From Octopus vulgaris (lineage: Eukaryota): 64,000 nt of DNA. Below, in pieces: positions 52,657 to 64,000 of this stretch. The translations under genes and the position numbers were made by a program. The notes under the pieces are model-generated. The model was not told the origin of the DNA. It saw only the letters and a list, made by a program, of their open reading frames with translations, and ran no database searches. The stretch lies in contig OX597816.1 in assembly GCA_951406725.2 (NCBI GenBank), forward strand, positions 4,588,001 to 4,652,000, given 5' to 3'. The number at the start of each line of letters is the position of its first letter. Position 1 is the stretch's first letter.

Positions 52657-53069
52657 TAGGTCGAACCAATTCTACTATATAGCTCAGAAACCTGGACGTT
52701 ATCAAAGAAGCTTGAGAGGTAGTTGGATGGAACTTACACTCGCCTCCTTATGAGAGCTCAAAATCTCTCGTGGAAGCGTCATCCAACCAAAGTACAAATA
52801 TATGGGAAATTACCACCTGTATCATCTCTTGTGAAAGATAGAAGAGTCCAGTTTGCTGGACATTGTTGTAGAGCTGAAAATGAGGTAATTTCTACTCTTC
52901 TCCTCTGGAAGCCATCTGCTCTCGATACGAGAGGGCACATACTCTCCTACCCTGATGTAATCTCCAGGGATACAGGCATCCAGCAATGGGACCTCCATAA
53001 TGCTATGATGGACTGTGAAGTAACGTAGTGAATTCCATTGTCTCGACCACAGTCGAACAATGATGATGA
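52657..53069 (+). mobile_element. Second RTE-type LINE 3' fragment
   Basis: VEPILLYSSETWTL...*LDGTYTRLLMRAQNLSW...RRVQFAGHC.R...LLLWKP; short (GAT)n tail. Confidence 0.85.
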
Positions 53070-53447
53070 ATCTGTAGGTTGCGAACTGAAGTATCCTTGG
53101 CTGCTATTCCTAGCATGTCAATTAGAGAGGCAGAGCCAGGCTTGTTTGTTTGTACATACCAGTAGATCAATTTCGGTGTTTTCTTTCTTGCCACCCATTA
53201 AAGCTACCAGCTGCGACTACCATCAATTTGCTGTTAACCAGCACAGAACAAATCTATTTATTCTTGCATTAATTCTGTTACAATGGAGCCTCGAGGACAT
53301 TGCTCAAGCTTTTAGAAATAGCAACTAAATCTCGTCTCAGAATCGCTTCTTAATAACTTTTAACACTGAATACACATCGGTTAATGTATTCCGAGATAGT
53401 TTATGAATGCCAAAACAAACAAAAACAAAACAAAGAACTATTGGTCA

Positions 53448-53487
<40 letters not shown>

Positions 53488-53569
53488 AATTAATGCTTCC
53501 TGCCTCCGGGCTATGACTAGGCTTGACTATCAGGAGGAGGCGGATGAGGATGAAGACAATGATAATAAT

Positions 53570-53830
53570 ATCACCACCACCATCATCATCATCATCATCA
53601 TCATCGTTGTCATCACCATCATCAGCATTATCATCATCTTCTTCATCATCATCATCATCATCGTCATCATCATCATATTTATCATCACTATCATCATCAT
53701 CATCATCATCATTATCATCATCATCATCATCATCATCATCCTCATCATTACCATCACCACCATCTCCATCACAATAATCATCACCATTACCAATATCCTC
53801 AAGACGATGGCCTCCACCATCATTACTGAC
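53570..53830. repeat. (CAT)n array
   Basis: Visible in sequence. Confidence 0.95.
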
Positions 53831-54078
53831 CATTATTCACCATTATTTACTCTACATAAAGTTTTCTGTGGACAATTACTTAATTGTATGGAAACACAGA
53901 CATAGATTTTTTTTTTAAGAAAAAAAAAAGAAAAACAAAACATACATTTTCTTAAAAAATACAAAAAAAAATGAATGTTTTTTTTTTCTACACTAATAAA
54001 ATTAGGAAATTGTGAATTACTTTACGCATTTGCTTGGTAGACTCACAATTTTCTTCATGAACACACAGCTATGATATA

Positions 54079-54109
<31 letters not shown>

Positions 54110-54391
54110 CTATGAACGAGTGTGTGCATATGTGTGTATGTGTTTATATATATATAAAAGAGCACAGGTGGGGGTTCAAAGCTGTTGCAAATTTTGAAAC
54201 ACACTTGTTTTCTTTTAATGCCACACCTGGGACAAGCACTGTGTTGGACCTACAGTTTATATCAGACTTGGTACCTGTGTGTATATGCATATGGCTTTGT
54301 GTATATTTATATAAATAGACAGGATGATGATGATATGAGTGTGTGTGTATATAGATACATACATACATACACATATATAATATATATATAT

Positions 54392-54563
54392 AGGTGTAGG
54401 AGTGGCTGTGTGGTAGGTAGCTTGCTTACCAACCACATGGTTCTGGGTTCAGTCCCACTGCGTGGCACCTTGGGCAAGTGTCTTCTACTATAGCCTCGAG
54501 CCGACCAAAGCCTTGTGAGTGGATTTGGTAGATGGAAACTGAAACACGCCCGTTGTATATATG

Positions 54564-54594
<31 letters not shown>

Positions 54595-54806
54595 ATGTTT
54601 ATGTGTCTGTGTTTGTCCCCCCAACATCGCTTGACAACTGATGCTGGTGTGTTTATGTCCCCGTAACTTAGTGGTTCGGCAAAAGAGACCGATAGAATAA
54701 GTACTAAGCTTACAAAGAATAAGTCCTGGGGTTGGCCTGCTCGACTAATGGCGGTGCTCCAGCATGGCCACAGTCAAATGACTGAAACAAGTAGAAGAGT
54801 AGAAGA

Positions 54807-54808
<2 letters not shown>
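54392..54808 (+). mobile_element. Family B SINE, full length
   Basis: Matches 16244-16650. Confidence 0.9.
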
Positions 54809-54843
<35 letters not shown>

Positions 54844-56049
54844 TTTTGGGATTTGGTTTGCAAGGTTCTTTATATGAGATCGTGTGTTGAAGCATATTCT
54901 GTTGTGTCTGGGGAGAGTCATTTTCTTTTTGTGCCTTATAATTTAACACTCACTGGTAAAATTTCCACTTATTTCTTATTTTTATTTCCCTAAAATTTTC
55001 GTTGCGTCTTGCAACCTTTTCAATGGTCTTGACTCTCTCCGTTATTTACACTGCGTTCCTTTTTGTTTGTTTGTGCGCATGTGTGTGGGTCAGTGTGTGT
55101 GTGTGTATCTATGCATGCATGTACATATGTATGTGTGTATGTATGCATGTATATATATATATATATATGTGTGTATGCATATGTATATATGTATGTATGT
55201 GTGTGCATCTGTATGTATGTCTCCTGTATATTCATGTGCTTGCATGTCCGTGTTTGTGTATTTTCTATGTATGTGTGTGTGTGTGAGCGTATGTCTGTAT
55301 ATGTATGCACCTTCGTCTCCTTGTTTACACAGGTAGAGTTTGCACAGGTAGAGTAGAATAGTTAGTAGACTGTTATGTAGATAGATGTATGTATGTGTGT
55401 GTGTGGGTGTGAGTGTGTGTGTTTGCACATTTTATCTTTTTTTCCTTGTACGTAAGCATATGGATATGAAAATAAACAGATCAACACACAGACGGATAGG
55501 TACACAGGTTATAAGAACAGACAAGCAGCACACATACGCAAATGGAGACTGAAACAGATGACCATATATACACACACAGTTTACTCCACACAAGGACACA
55601 TATGGAGACACCAGCTCTAGAGAGGCCATCACGCAGCATGTGTGTGTGTGTGTGCATGTGTATACATACATAGATATAGATCTTTGTATACACACACACA
55701 TACACACATATGTATATATATTCTTTTATCACTTTCAACCAGAGTATGTGGCCATACTGGGGCACATTTATCTTATTTTTTCTGCACACACATTCACACA
55801 GACACACACACACATGCACATCCACGCACGCACGCACACACACACACACACACTGACAGTTGTTCATTTATTGGTAACTTTTAGTTTATATGATTTAGGT
55901 TAGGAACTTCCAGGAGTGATTGCTAAACACCAACCCTAATTTGAAGATTTAGATTCTGGCAGAAGTGACCATTTGCAAGAGTGAGGAACGATGAATATAC
56001 AAAGTTCTGAGAGATGTCACACAACGCATTGTAATATATGGAATAACAC

Positions 56050-56870
56050 AATGGCAGCAATTTTGGAGGAGGGAATGAGCTGATTACATCGACCCCAGTA
56101 CACAACTGGTACTTAATTTGGCGACCCTGAAAGGATGAAAGGCAATGTTGACCGTAGCGGAATTTGAACTCAGAACTTAACGACACACGAAATGCCTATT
56201 TCTTTACTACACACGAAATGCCTATTTCTTTACTACCCACAAGGGGCTAAACACAGAAGGGACAAACAAGGACAGACAAACGGATTAAGTCGATTATATC
56301 GACCCCAGTGTGTAACTGGTACTTACTTAATCGACCCCGAAAGGATGAAAGGCAAAGTTGACCTCGGCGGAATTTGAACTCAGAACGTAACGACAGACGA
56401 AATACCACCAAGCATTTCGCCCAGCGTGCTAACGTTTCTGCCAGTTCACCACTTTAATAATAATAATAATTATAATAATAATAAAAATTATAATAATAGC
56501 AACAAATTTTGGTGCAAGGCCAGCATAATTTAGGGGAAAAGGGTTAGTTGATCCCAATAATCCCAGTACTCAACTAGTACTTTATTTTTTCAGCCTTGAA
56601 AGGTTGACCTTGGTGGAATTTGAACTCAGACTGTGACGATGAAAGAAATGCTGTGAAGCAACCTGTCCAATGTGCTAACCACTCTGCCAGCTCACCATCT
56701 TAATGATAATAGTTCTTTCTACTGTGTGCACAATGCCTGGAATTTTTTCTTGGTTAGTGGTGTGGGAGGACTTCTCAATTACATTGGCCCCCCAGATTGA
56801 AACTGGTACTTGTTCTATTGACCCTGAAATGATGGAATGCAAAGCTGACTTGAGCAGTATTTGAACTCAG
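56050..56870 (-). mobile_element. Cluster of family C SINEs (dimer 56050-56452 and two older copies)
   Basis: Repeated family C cores. Confidence 0.85.
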
Positions 56871-58004
56871 TATGTAAATCTTAAAAACCTGTTTAAAACG
56901 TTCAGTGCATTTGAAGGTGGCGATTGCTTTCCCTTCCATATTAGATCAGACATGTTGTCTGACTGATAGACAAGTAGAATGATCCTTTTGTGAGGGATGA
57001 AGAACAACATATTTTGATGCATCGACTTTAATAACACTGTCATCATCTGAGGGAAAGTTTTCAACCCTGGTGATTTTGTTAACTCATTCTTCAATCGAAT
57101 GGAAGTGGTTTCTTACTTGTGGTTCCAAAAGATATTCATCTTTCTGGCTAAAATTAATGGCTCACCTTTATCTTTGTAAATTGATATAAATCTTCTGCTG
57201 TATCCAACTAAGTCAAGGAAATATTCTAAAACCTTTAGCACATTTTGGAATCACAAGAGACCAAATATTATTTGGCAGCAATTTCAAAAGTTTCATGCCA
57301 TCCTTAGATAAGCTGACTGTCAGCAATTCTATTTAATCCACTCTGTGAATTCACTTGTGCTTGGTCTCAGATATATTTGCCACGAAACCATATTTTCTCT
57401 TCTATTGAGTTTAGTTAATAATGGAGCATGAAATAATATCAACTTGATATTCCAAGAGACCAGGTATGTTTGATAGAATCGTCTCCATACATTTGGAATA
57501 TTGCGCTAGAATTTTCCAGTCTCATTCATAGACAATTCACTTTGTAAAGTCCATTGGTTATGTTTATGTCACTTCATTTAAGAATGTAACAGTATTTGCC
57601 AATATCTGCTTTGAAAGTCAATTTTTGAGAAGCCAAAAGCACCTGTCCTGCCTGAAAATATGGTTTCCATATAAGGCATGGCATAACTATGTGCATGTAT
57701 CTGATTGTTAATGTGACCTAACCATCCGAGTTGCACACAATGCTGTTTCTTTTTGCAACCAAAACCACTAGAGAAGCAAGTTTAATGCTTTAACTCAAAC
57801 AGGGTGTCATTAACACCACAGACTCTAAACACAAAAATTTGTTAATAGCCACTTCCATTTTTAAATGGAAGACCACTGACAAAATAGACATACACAGTTG
57901 GTTAAACCTTGTATTACTTTTAAAGTAATAAAGTAATTCTTTACAGCAGTTAAATAGTCAGAAATCTGACAACAAAAATAAGAACAAAATTTGAACAAAT
58001 TGTA

Positions 58005-58562
58005 CTCATGCCAGTGGAACATTCAAAGCACCAGGCCCGCTGATTGGCTCCCATGTTGGTGGCACGTAAAAAGCACCATCCAAGCATGGTCGTTGCCAGG
58101 GCCACTGATTGGCTCCCGTGTTAGTGGAATGTAAAAAGCATCATGCGATCATGATCATTGCCAGGCTGCTGATTGGCTCCCATGCTGGTGGCACATAAAA
58201 AGCATCATTCGAGCATGATCGTTGCCAGTGTCGCCTTACTAGCACATGTGCCGGTGGCATGTGAGAAACAACCTTTGAGCGTGGTCATAACCAGTGCCTC
58301 CAGACTGGCTCCCATGCAGGTAGCATGTAAAAAACACCTTTTGAGTATGGTAGTTGCCTGACTGGCCCTTGTGCCAATGGCATGTAAAAGCACCCACTAC
58401 ACTCTCAGAGTGGTTGATGTTAGGAAGGGCATCCAGCTGTACAAACCTTGTCAAATCAGATTGGAGCCTGGTGCAGCCTTCTGGCTCATCAGTCTTCAGT
58501 CAAACCGTCCAACCCATGCCAGCATGGAAAGTGGATGTTAAACGTCAATGATGATGATGATG
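58005..58562 (+). mobile_element. Family A RTE 3' UTR with ~6 diverged ~65-bp units
   Basis: Repeated TGGC(T/C)CCC..TGGCA..TAAAAAGCA units followed by the tail. Confidence 0.85.
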
Positions 58563-59499
58563 CAACCCAACAGACAAGATTTATATAAATTTTTATTTCC
58601 AGCAAATATATGTTCTTTAGAAACATTATTAAAATCACTTCTTGTTCCAACTTCTTCAACAACTTTTAATATTGTTCTAGTGAAAGCAAGGAATGGTTCA
58701 TACGAATAATGACTAAAATGATTCAGAAATTGAAAAATCTTGACAATGGACACTGGCAGCAACATTAAACCATTCAGCACCAGAGACTGATTTGCCGGTT
58801 TACTAGGCAGGATATCGGAGGATCATTTTTGAAGTTGGCATTATTATTTATCACTGAGTCATGTATGTCAACATCAAAATAAAAATCAAATGGAAATTGT
58901 AGTTAAGACACCCGTGCTGGTGACACGCAAAAAGCACCATCCTAACATGGCAGATGCCAGCACCACCTGACCGGCGTCTGTGTCGGTGACACGTAAAAGT
59001 ACCAGCAGATCATGGCTGTTTGCGAGCCTGCTCTGGCCTCTGTGCTGGTGGCACGTAAAAAACACCCACTACACTCATGGAGAGATTGGTGTTCCTAATA
59101 TACATATTTAATATTTCTTTTCTTTTTTCTACTCATTACAAAGATCTTAACTACTTCATTAGTCGTTGGTAACAATGTATAACACCATTTCATCCTTATT
59201 TAAAATCATCAGCATTACATGACCCCAGGAAAACATATTACACTAAATTTCATGTCATAGGATTCTATGGAAAACAGAAAAACCATTCCTAAATCAACCT
59301 GGACATGAAACACATATTTTCCACAAACTATGCTGTAATTGTGGAAGAAGTATAACAAGTTAAACTCTCCTCCATTTGGTGTAAAATTCTATAATTTTAG
59401 GAAAACAGATAATTTCAAGAAGTATTGTCTATCTTGTTCTGCTAATTATGCTAATAGTGAAACTACGATTCATGGAGAAGAGTTGGAAGTCCTTTTATG

Positions 59500-59810
59500 A
59501 TTCATCATCATCATCATCGTCATCATTTAAAGTTCGTTTTCTATGCTAGCTTGGGTTGGACGGTTTGTCCAGGGTCTGGGAAGCCAGGAGGCTGCCCAGA
59601 CTCTAGTCTGATCTGGCAGTGTTTCTACAGCTGGATCAGACTAAGTCGATTATATCGACCCCAGTGCATAACTGGTACTTATTTAATCGACCCCAAAAGT
59701 ATGAAAGGCAAAGTCGACCTCAGTGGAATTTGAACTCAGAATGTAGCGGCAGACGAAATACTGCTAAGCATTTCGCCCGGCGTGCTAACGTTTCTGCCAG
59801 CTCGCCGCCT
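59500..59810 (-). mobile_element. Family C head and core fused to a family A tail
   Basis: Family A 59500-59636 adjoins family C 59637-59810. Confidence 0.8.
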
Positions 59811-60573
59811 TTTCCAACCATATTACCAGTCAAAAGCCATCTTTCTGACAGACCTAAAGAAGTCAAATTAACAAATTCTAATGTTATGTCTTGCATCCTT
59901 CATTATACATTAATAGTCTGCTGGCCATCTTAAGATTCTATCAACTGAAGATGAACCTGATATAAAGACTAATTTGCTCAGCTTCGTTTGGGGATCAACT
60001 TTGAATTTGCCAAAATTACATTTCCTTTCATGGATGTTAATAAGACTCAGAACTGTGCCTCCCCACACACTTTCCTCGGGAGATTTGTTTCACGTCAAAG
60101 AATTGGGAACACTCAGCAATTAACATATGCTACTAAGATTATGCTATAATGTTGACGGCATCTGAAACACCACTGTTTCTGCATCCACCATCATCAATGC
60201 ACGTCAGCCCGGCTGTTACATTTACGGTGCACTTTTCCAGAAAGAGCGACTTCATGCTTGTGGTTTTGCCTTTATCAATCACAGTATTGGCATCGAATTG
60301 AATGAACTGTTCATATTCCTCCTTATTATTTTGCAGATGCACCATTTTCTTGCTGCTGTTGTTGACTCTTAGATCATATGATTTAGTAAAGGAAGTTCTA
60401 GAAGGATCTCACATGCACCATAATTAATTCAAAACCTGGATGCCTGTAGAAGTGGCCATTTGAGGGAGAGAGGAAAAAAAGAATACATCTAGAGTTATGA
60501 TACTTATCGCATGGAACATATAATATTTAAAAGAAGAAAATACTAAACAATAATAATAATAATAATAATAATA

Positions 60574-60790
60574 GGTATGATAAAAAAATATTCAGACAAA
60601 TACATAACAAAAACACCAGGACTTACAAACACACATAACATACAGAAAATTTGCTTCTACTGGGCACTGCACACATCCTATGCAGAAAACCATCAGAGCA
60701 TCACAACATAACACAGCACATACCGAAGGCACAGAGAGCTGCGCTCGGTAGTGAAGTGAAAGCATGTTATAAAAATGGGACTACTGAATA
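60574..60790 (+). mobile_element. Dong/R4 3' end between (TAA)n arrays
   Basis: GMIKKYSDKYITKTPGLTNTHNIQK..LGTAHIL plus UTR. Confidence 0.85.
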
Positions 60791-60811
60791 ATAATAATAA
60801 TAATAATAATA

Positions 60812-61376
60812 AATGCCCTGATGCAGCACCAAGCAGTAGCTCTCATGGTTTTTGATCTCAACTGATTGGAAGTGTTATCATGCATATTGTTTTGTCTTGG
60901 TATAAAAGATGGGCTACAGCAAATATTCTGCTCAATACCACAGATTTGCTTGTCAGTTGTTTGACCGTAACCAGTTGAGCATGTCCCTTAGTGGCTGACG
61001 ATATGTCCATCTCTGATCACAAGCAGAAGTAGTGGGGGACCATCATAGCCGTGTGTTGAAAGGGATTCTTTGGGGTTTGGATAATTCACCTGTGGAAACA
61101 ACAGTATTTCATTCAACATACTTAAACAACCCTTATTCAGGAACCTTTTGAGCGGGATGGGTTACTTGACCAGAAGAAAATTCTAACTGGGCCCCACCTG
61201 CAAAGTCATAACGCTGTTTATCTTGATATGAGATCACCATGTCGTGCACAAATGGTTGTGTTGCATGTGTCTGGTGTACCCTTATCAGACGGGTAGTCAT
61301 GATGGGTATACTGGGCTTCGTATATTTTACCCCAGTGTCACTTTGATGGCATGCACTGCTCTCTCACTCATAATAA
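60812..61376 (+). mobile_element. Family D element (longest copy) in (TAA)n
   Basis: Reverse complement of 25969-26443 with ~70 extra 5' bases. Confidence 0.88.
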
Positions 61377-62636
61377 TATGGAAGACTATAACATTAGGTA
61401 TATACACATATACATATGTATATATGGATATATTTGTGAGTGTATACATACATACACATACACATATGAGTGTGCATATGTATATGGGTATATATATATA
61501 TATACACACACACACACTCATACACACACACATACACACACATACACACACATGCACATATACATATATGTGTGCATATATGTGTGTATATACACAGATA
61601 TATGTATATCACACATATATATACAATTATGTACACATTCAAATATCGATAAGTACGTATTGCGACAGATTTATGGCTCGAATTTGTATATCTGTGTGTA
61701 TGTGTGATTGTGTGAATGTATGTGTGAATGTGTGTTTGTATTTGTGAATTTATTTATAGGTGACTGAGATATTTTATTGAAGAAAAAAGATTTATTGAAA
61801 AATACAAAAGAAAAAAAAGAACCAAAAAAAAAACAAAAATGAAAATAAAGAAATCTCCATCTTTTTCTCTAAATTTGAGCTTTTCTAAAAATTGTGTTGT
61901 ATGGAAGGGGGGAAGGGGGTGGGGGAGGGGATAAATGTAGGGAAATATTTTGGATTTTGGAATAACATTTACAAAGTCATATTCTATATTTCTTACACTC
62001 AGGTGCATAGAAATATATGCACTTTAAGTGTGTGATTACAAGCACACACACCTGTATGTGTGTGTATGTTAATGGATGTGTGTGTTTATGTATGTACGTA
62101 AGTATGTATGTGTGTATGCATGCATGTGTGTATGTATGTATGTATGTATGTATGTAACTGCAAAAATAAACATTTGCACTCATGGATATCTATATTTCTC
62201 TATCTACCTGTCTAATATACCTATCAGTCTCTCTCTCTCTCTCTCTCTCTTTATACATACATAGACACACACTAACATTTGTACATCTATATATATATAT
62301 ATATATATATATAGATAAAAAGTTAGATATGTTTTGACCAGAGATTGGTCCAGGCCATGTCTAACTTAATAGCACCATATATATATATATATACATGTAT
62401 ATATACACTTTTATTTATTTATATATGTATATAATCATACATTTCTTGTACATATATATATGTGTGCATATATATATATATATGTGTGTGCGTGTGTGTG
62501 TGTGTGTGTGTATGCATGTATGTATCTCTCTAGTTGTCATTCTGTCTCTCTTTTCCCCCTTTTTCTTTCTCTCTCTCTGTTTTTGCATATATCTATCTAT
62601 CTATCTATCTATCTATCAATCAATATATATATATAT

Positions 62637-62671
<35 letters not shown>

Positions 62672-62798
62672 TAGATAAAGATATCGATATATATTGATAG
62701 AAATGGCAAGACAACAAAAGAATTATAGAGACTTCGATATTATGTAAATAGAGGAATTTATCTGTAAATGTAATATGTGACAATTGTTCAATAGCCAT

Positions 62799-62859
62799 GA
62801 TAAAACTCCGAGTTTCAGATGTCAGGGCAGAAACCCACACCAACATCTCTTCAGTTATC
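62799..62859 (-). ncRNA. Type I hammerhead ribozyme
   Basis: GATAA-CTGAAGA-GATGTTGG...CTGACATC-T-GAAACT-CGG-AGTT-TTATC: perfect 5-bp stem I, 8-bp stem II, GUU site, one extra U before GAAA. Confidence 0.65.
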
Positions 62860-63265
62860 CGGCCATCGGAAAAAATGCTTTGAAAATGACCGTTAAAACA
62901 AAAGGAAATTACTGTGTGGTTGACCATTATTAAGACAAAAGAGGTATTAGAATGACCGCTAAGTAAGGTGAGGGAGTAAAGTTAAGGGAGTAAAAATGTT
63001 CATAGCAATCACGTAAGCGTGCCTGTCCATACATACACATGTGCGCCCGCACACCCATGTACATGCGGCTATATGTATATATACTCATCCACCCTCACTT
63101 GAAACAAATACATGCTCGCCCACACGTTCACCAAAAAATATATACATACCCACATACATGCTCACACAAACATGCGCACTATATATATATATATAAATAC
63201 ATACATACATATGTGTGTGTGTGTGTGTAAATATAGATATATATATTATAGATTTTTTATATATA

Positions 63266-63318
<53 letters not shown>

Positions 63319-63470
63319 GTTTGGTGAAATAGAAAGATGAATAATCTTGTTGCAGATTAATCAAAAGTTTAACCGATACCTTGGTAGCAAAAATCACAGC
63401 AGAAGAAAGCACGGTTGGAGGTACAACCATATGGTGTTGCAACCGTGCGTTGGTGTGGATAATTGAATTT

Positions 63471-63650
63471 TAATATTATTAGTGAATTAAAGAAATGGAG
63501 TTGAACGAAGATTGAACAGAAATCCTTTTATTGCATTCTACACGTGTTTCAATCGGAATTTGGTAAATTGTGGCTTTCGAAACACGTGTAGAATGCAATA
63601 AAAGGATTTCTGTTCAATCTTCGTTCAACTCCATTTCTTCAATTCACTAA

Positions 63651-63658
<8 letters not shown>
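63471..63658. repeat. 80-bp inverted repeat (Penelope-like fold-back) next to (TA)n
   Basis: 63471-63550 and 63579-63658 differ at one position; read outward from the spacer, each arm begins with the hammerhead 3' half GAAACACGTGTA, then AATAAA. Confidence 0.85.
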
Positions 63659-63987
<329 letters not shown>

Positions 63988-64000
63988 GAATATTGGAGTG

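Larger units (their letters stand above)
55880..58860 (-). mobile_element. Heavily decayed Ty3/Gypsy pol (protease, RT, RNase H), interrupted by SINE/LINE insertions
   Basis: Manual minus-strand translation across frameshifts: ..LKVV...SCLLG (protease), ASLVVLVAK, SYAMPYMETIF, FSKIDFQSRYWQI, KCMETILSNIPGLLEYQVDII, FLDLVGYSRRFI, IKVDASKY, SNMEGKAIA..CTERFKQ, VTSARI. Confidence 0.75.

Noticed and set aside
60139-60345. 68-aa ORF as a host gene
   Set aside because: No recognisable domain; it lies upstream of and co-oriented with the Gypsy pol fossil and is more likely gag debris.

Overview
Eukaryotic, AT-rich, repeat-saturated DNA. The SINE and LINE families and the microsatellite load point to an octopod cephalopod (inference; no search was run). 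Almost every ORF in the supplied track is a microsatellite or repeat artefact. The window holds (TA)n/(CA)n/(TACA)n/(GATA)n/(TAA)n/(CAT)n/(CTT)n arrays; about 18 5'-truncated 3' ends of one RTE-clade LINE (family A); several tRNA-headed SINE families (B, C, F, G); Dong/R4-type LINE pieces and an ORF-less family D sitting in (TAA)n; a HERO-type LINE fragment; a decayed Ty3/Gypsy element; a DD37D (maT) transposon remnant; several MITEs; and a non-autonomous Helitron. The only plausible host coding segment is a 150-bp exon (26976-27125, +) resembling the first half of a calponin-homology domain. The most notable signal is a set of about seven type-I hammerhead-ribozyme folds, found by eye, in otherwise unrelated ORF-less elements. 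They include a 481-bp unit inserted as a 1.2-mer plus inverted 1.1-mer palindrome, a 331-bp tandem unit, and a tRNA-headed SINE with a hammerhead in its tail, together suggesting a Penelope-like/retrozyme community. Family letters are my own labels. Coordinates of degenerate repeats are approximate.
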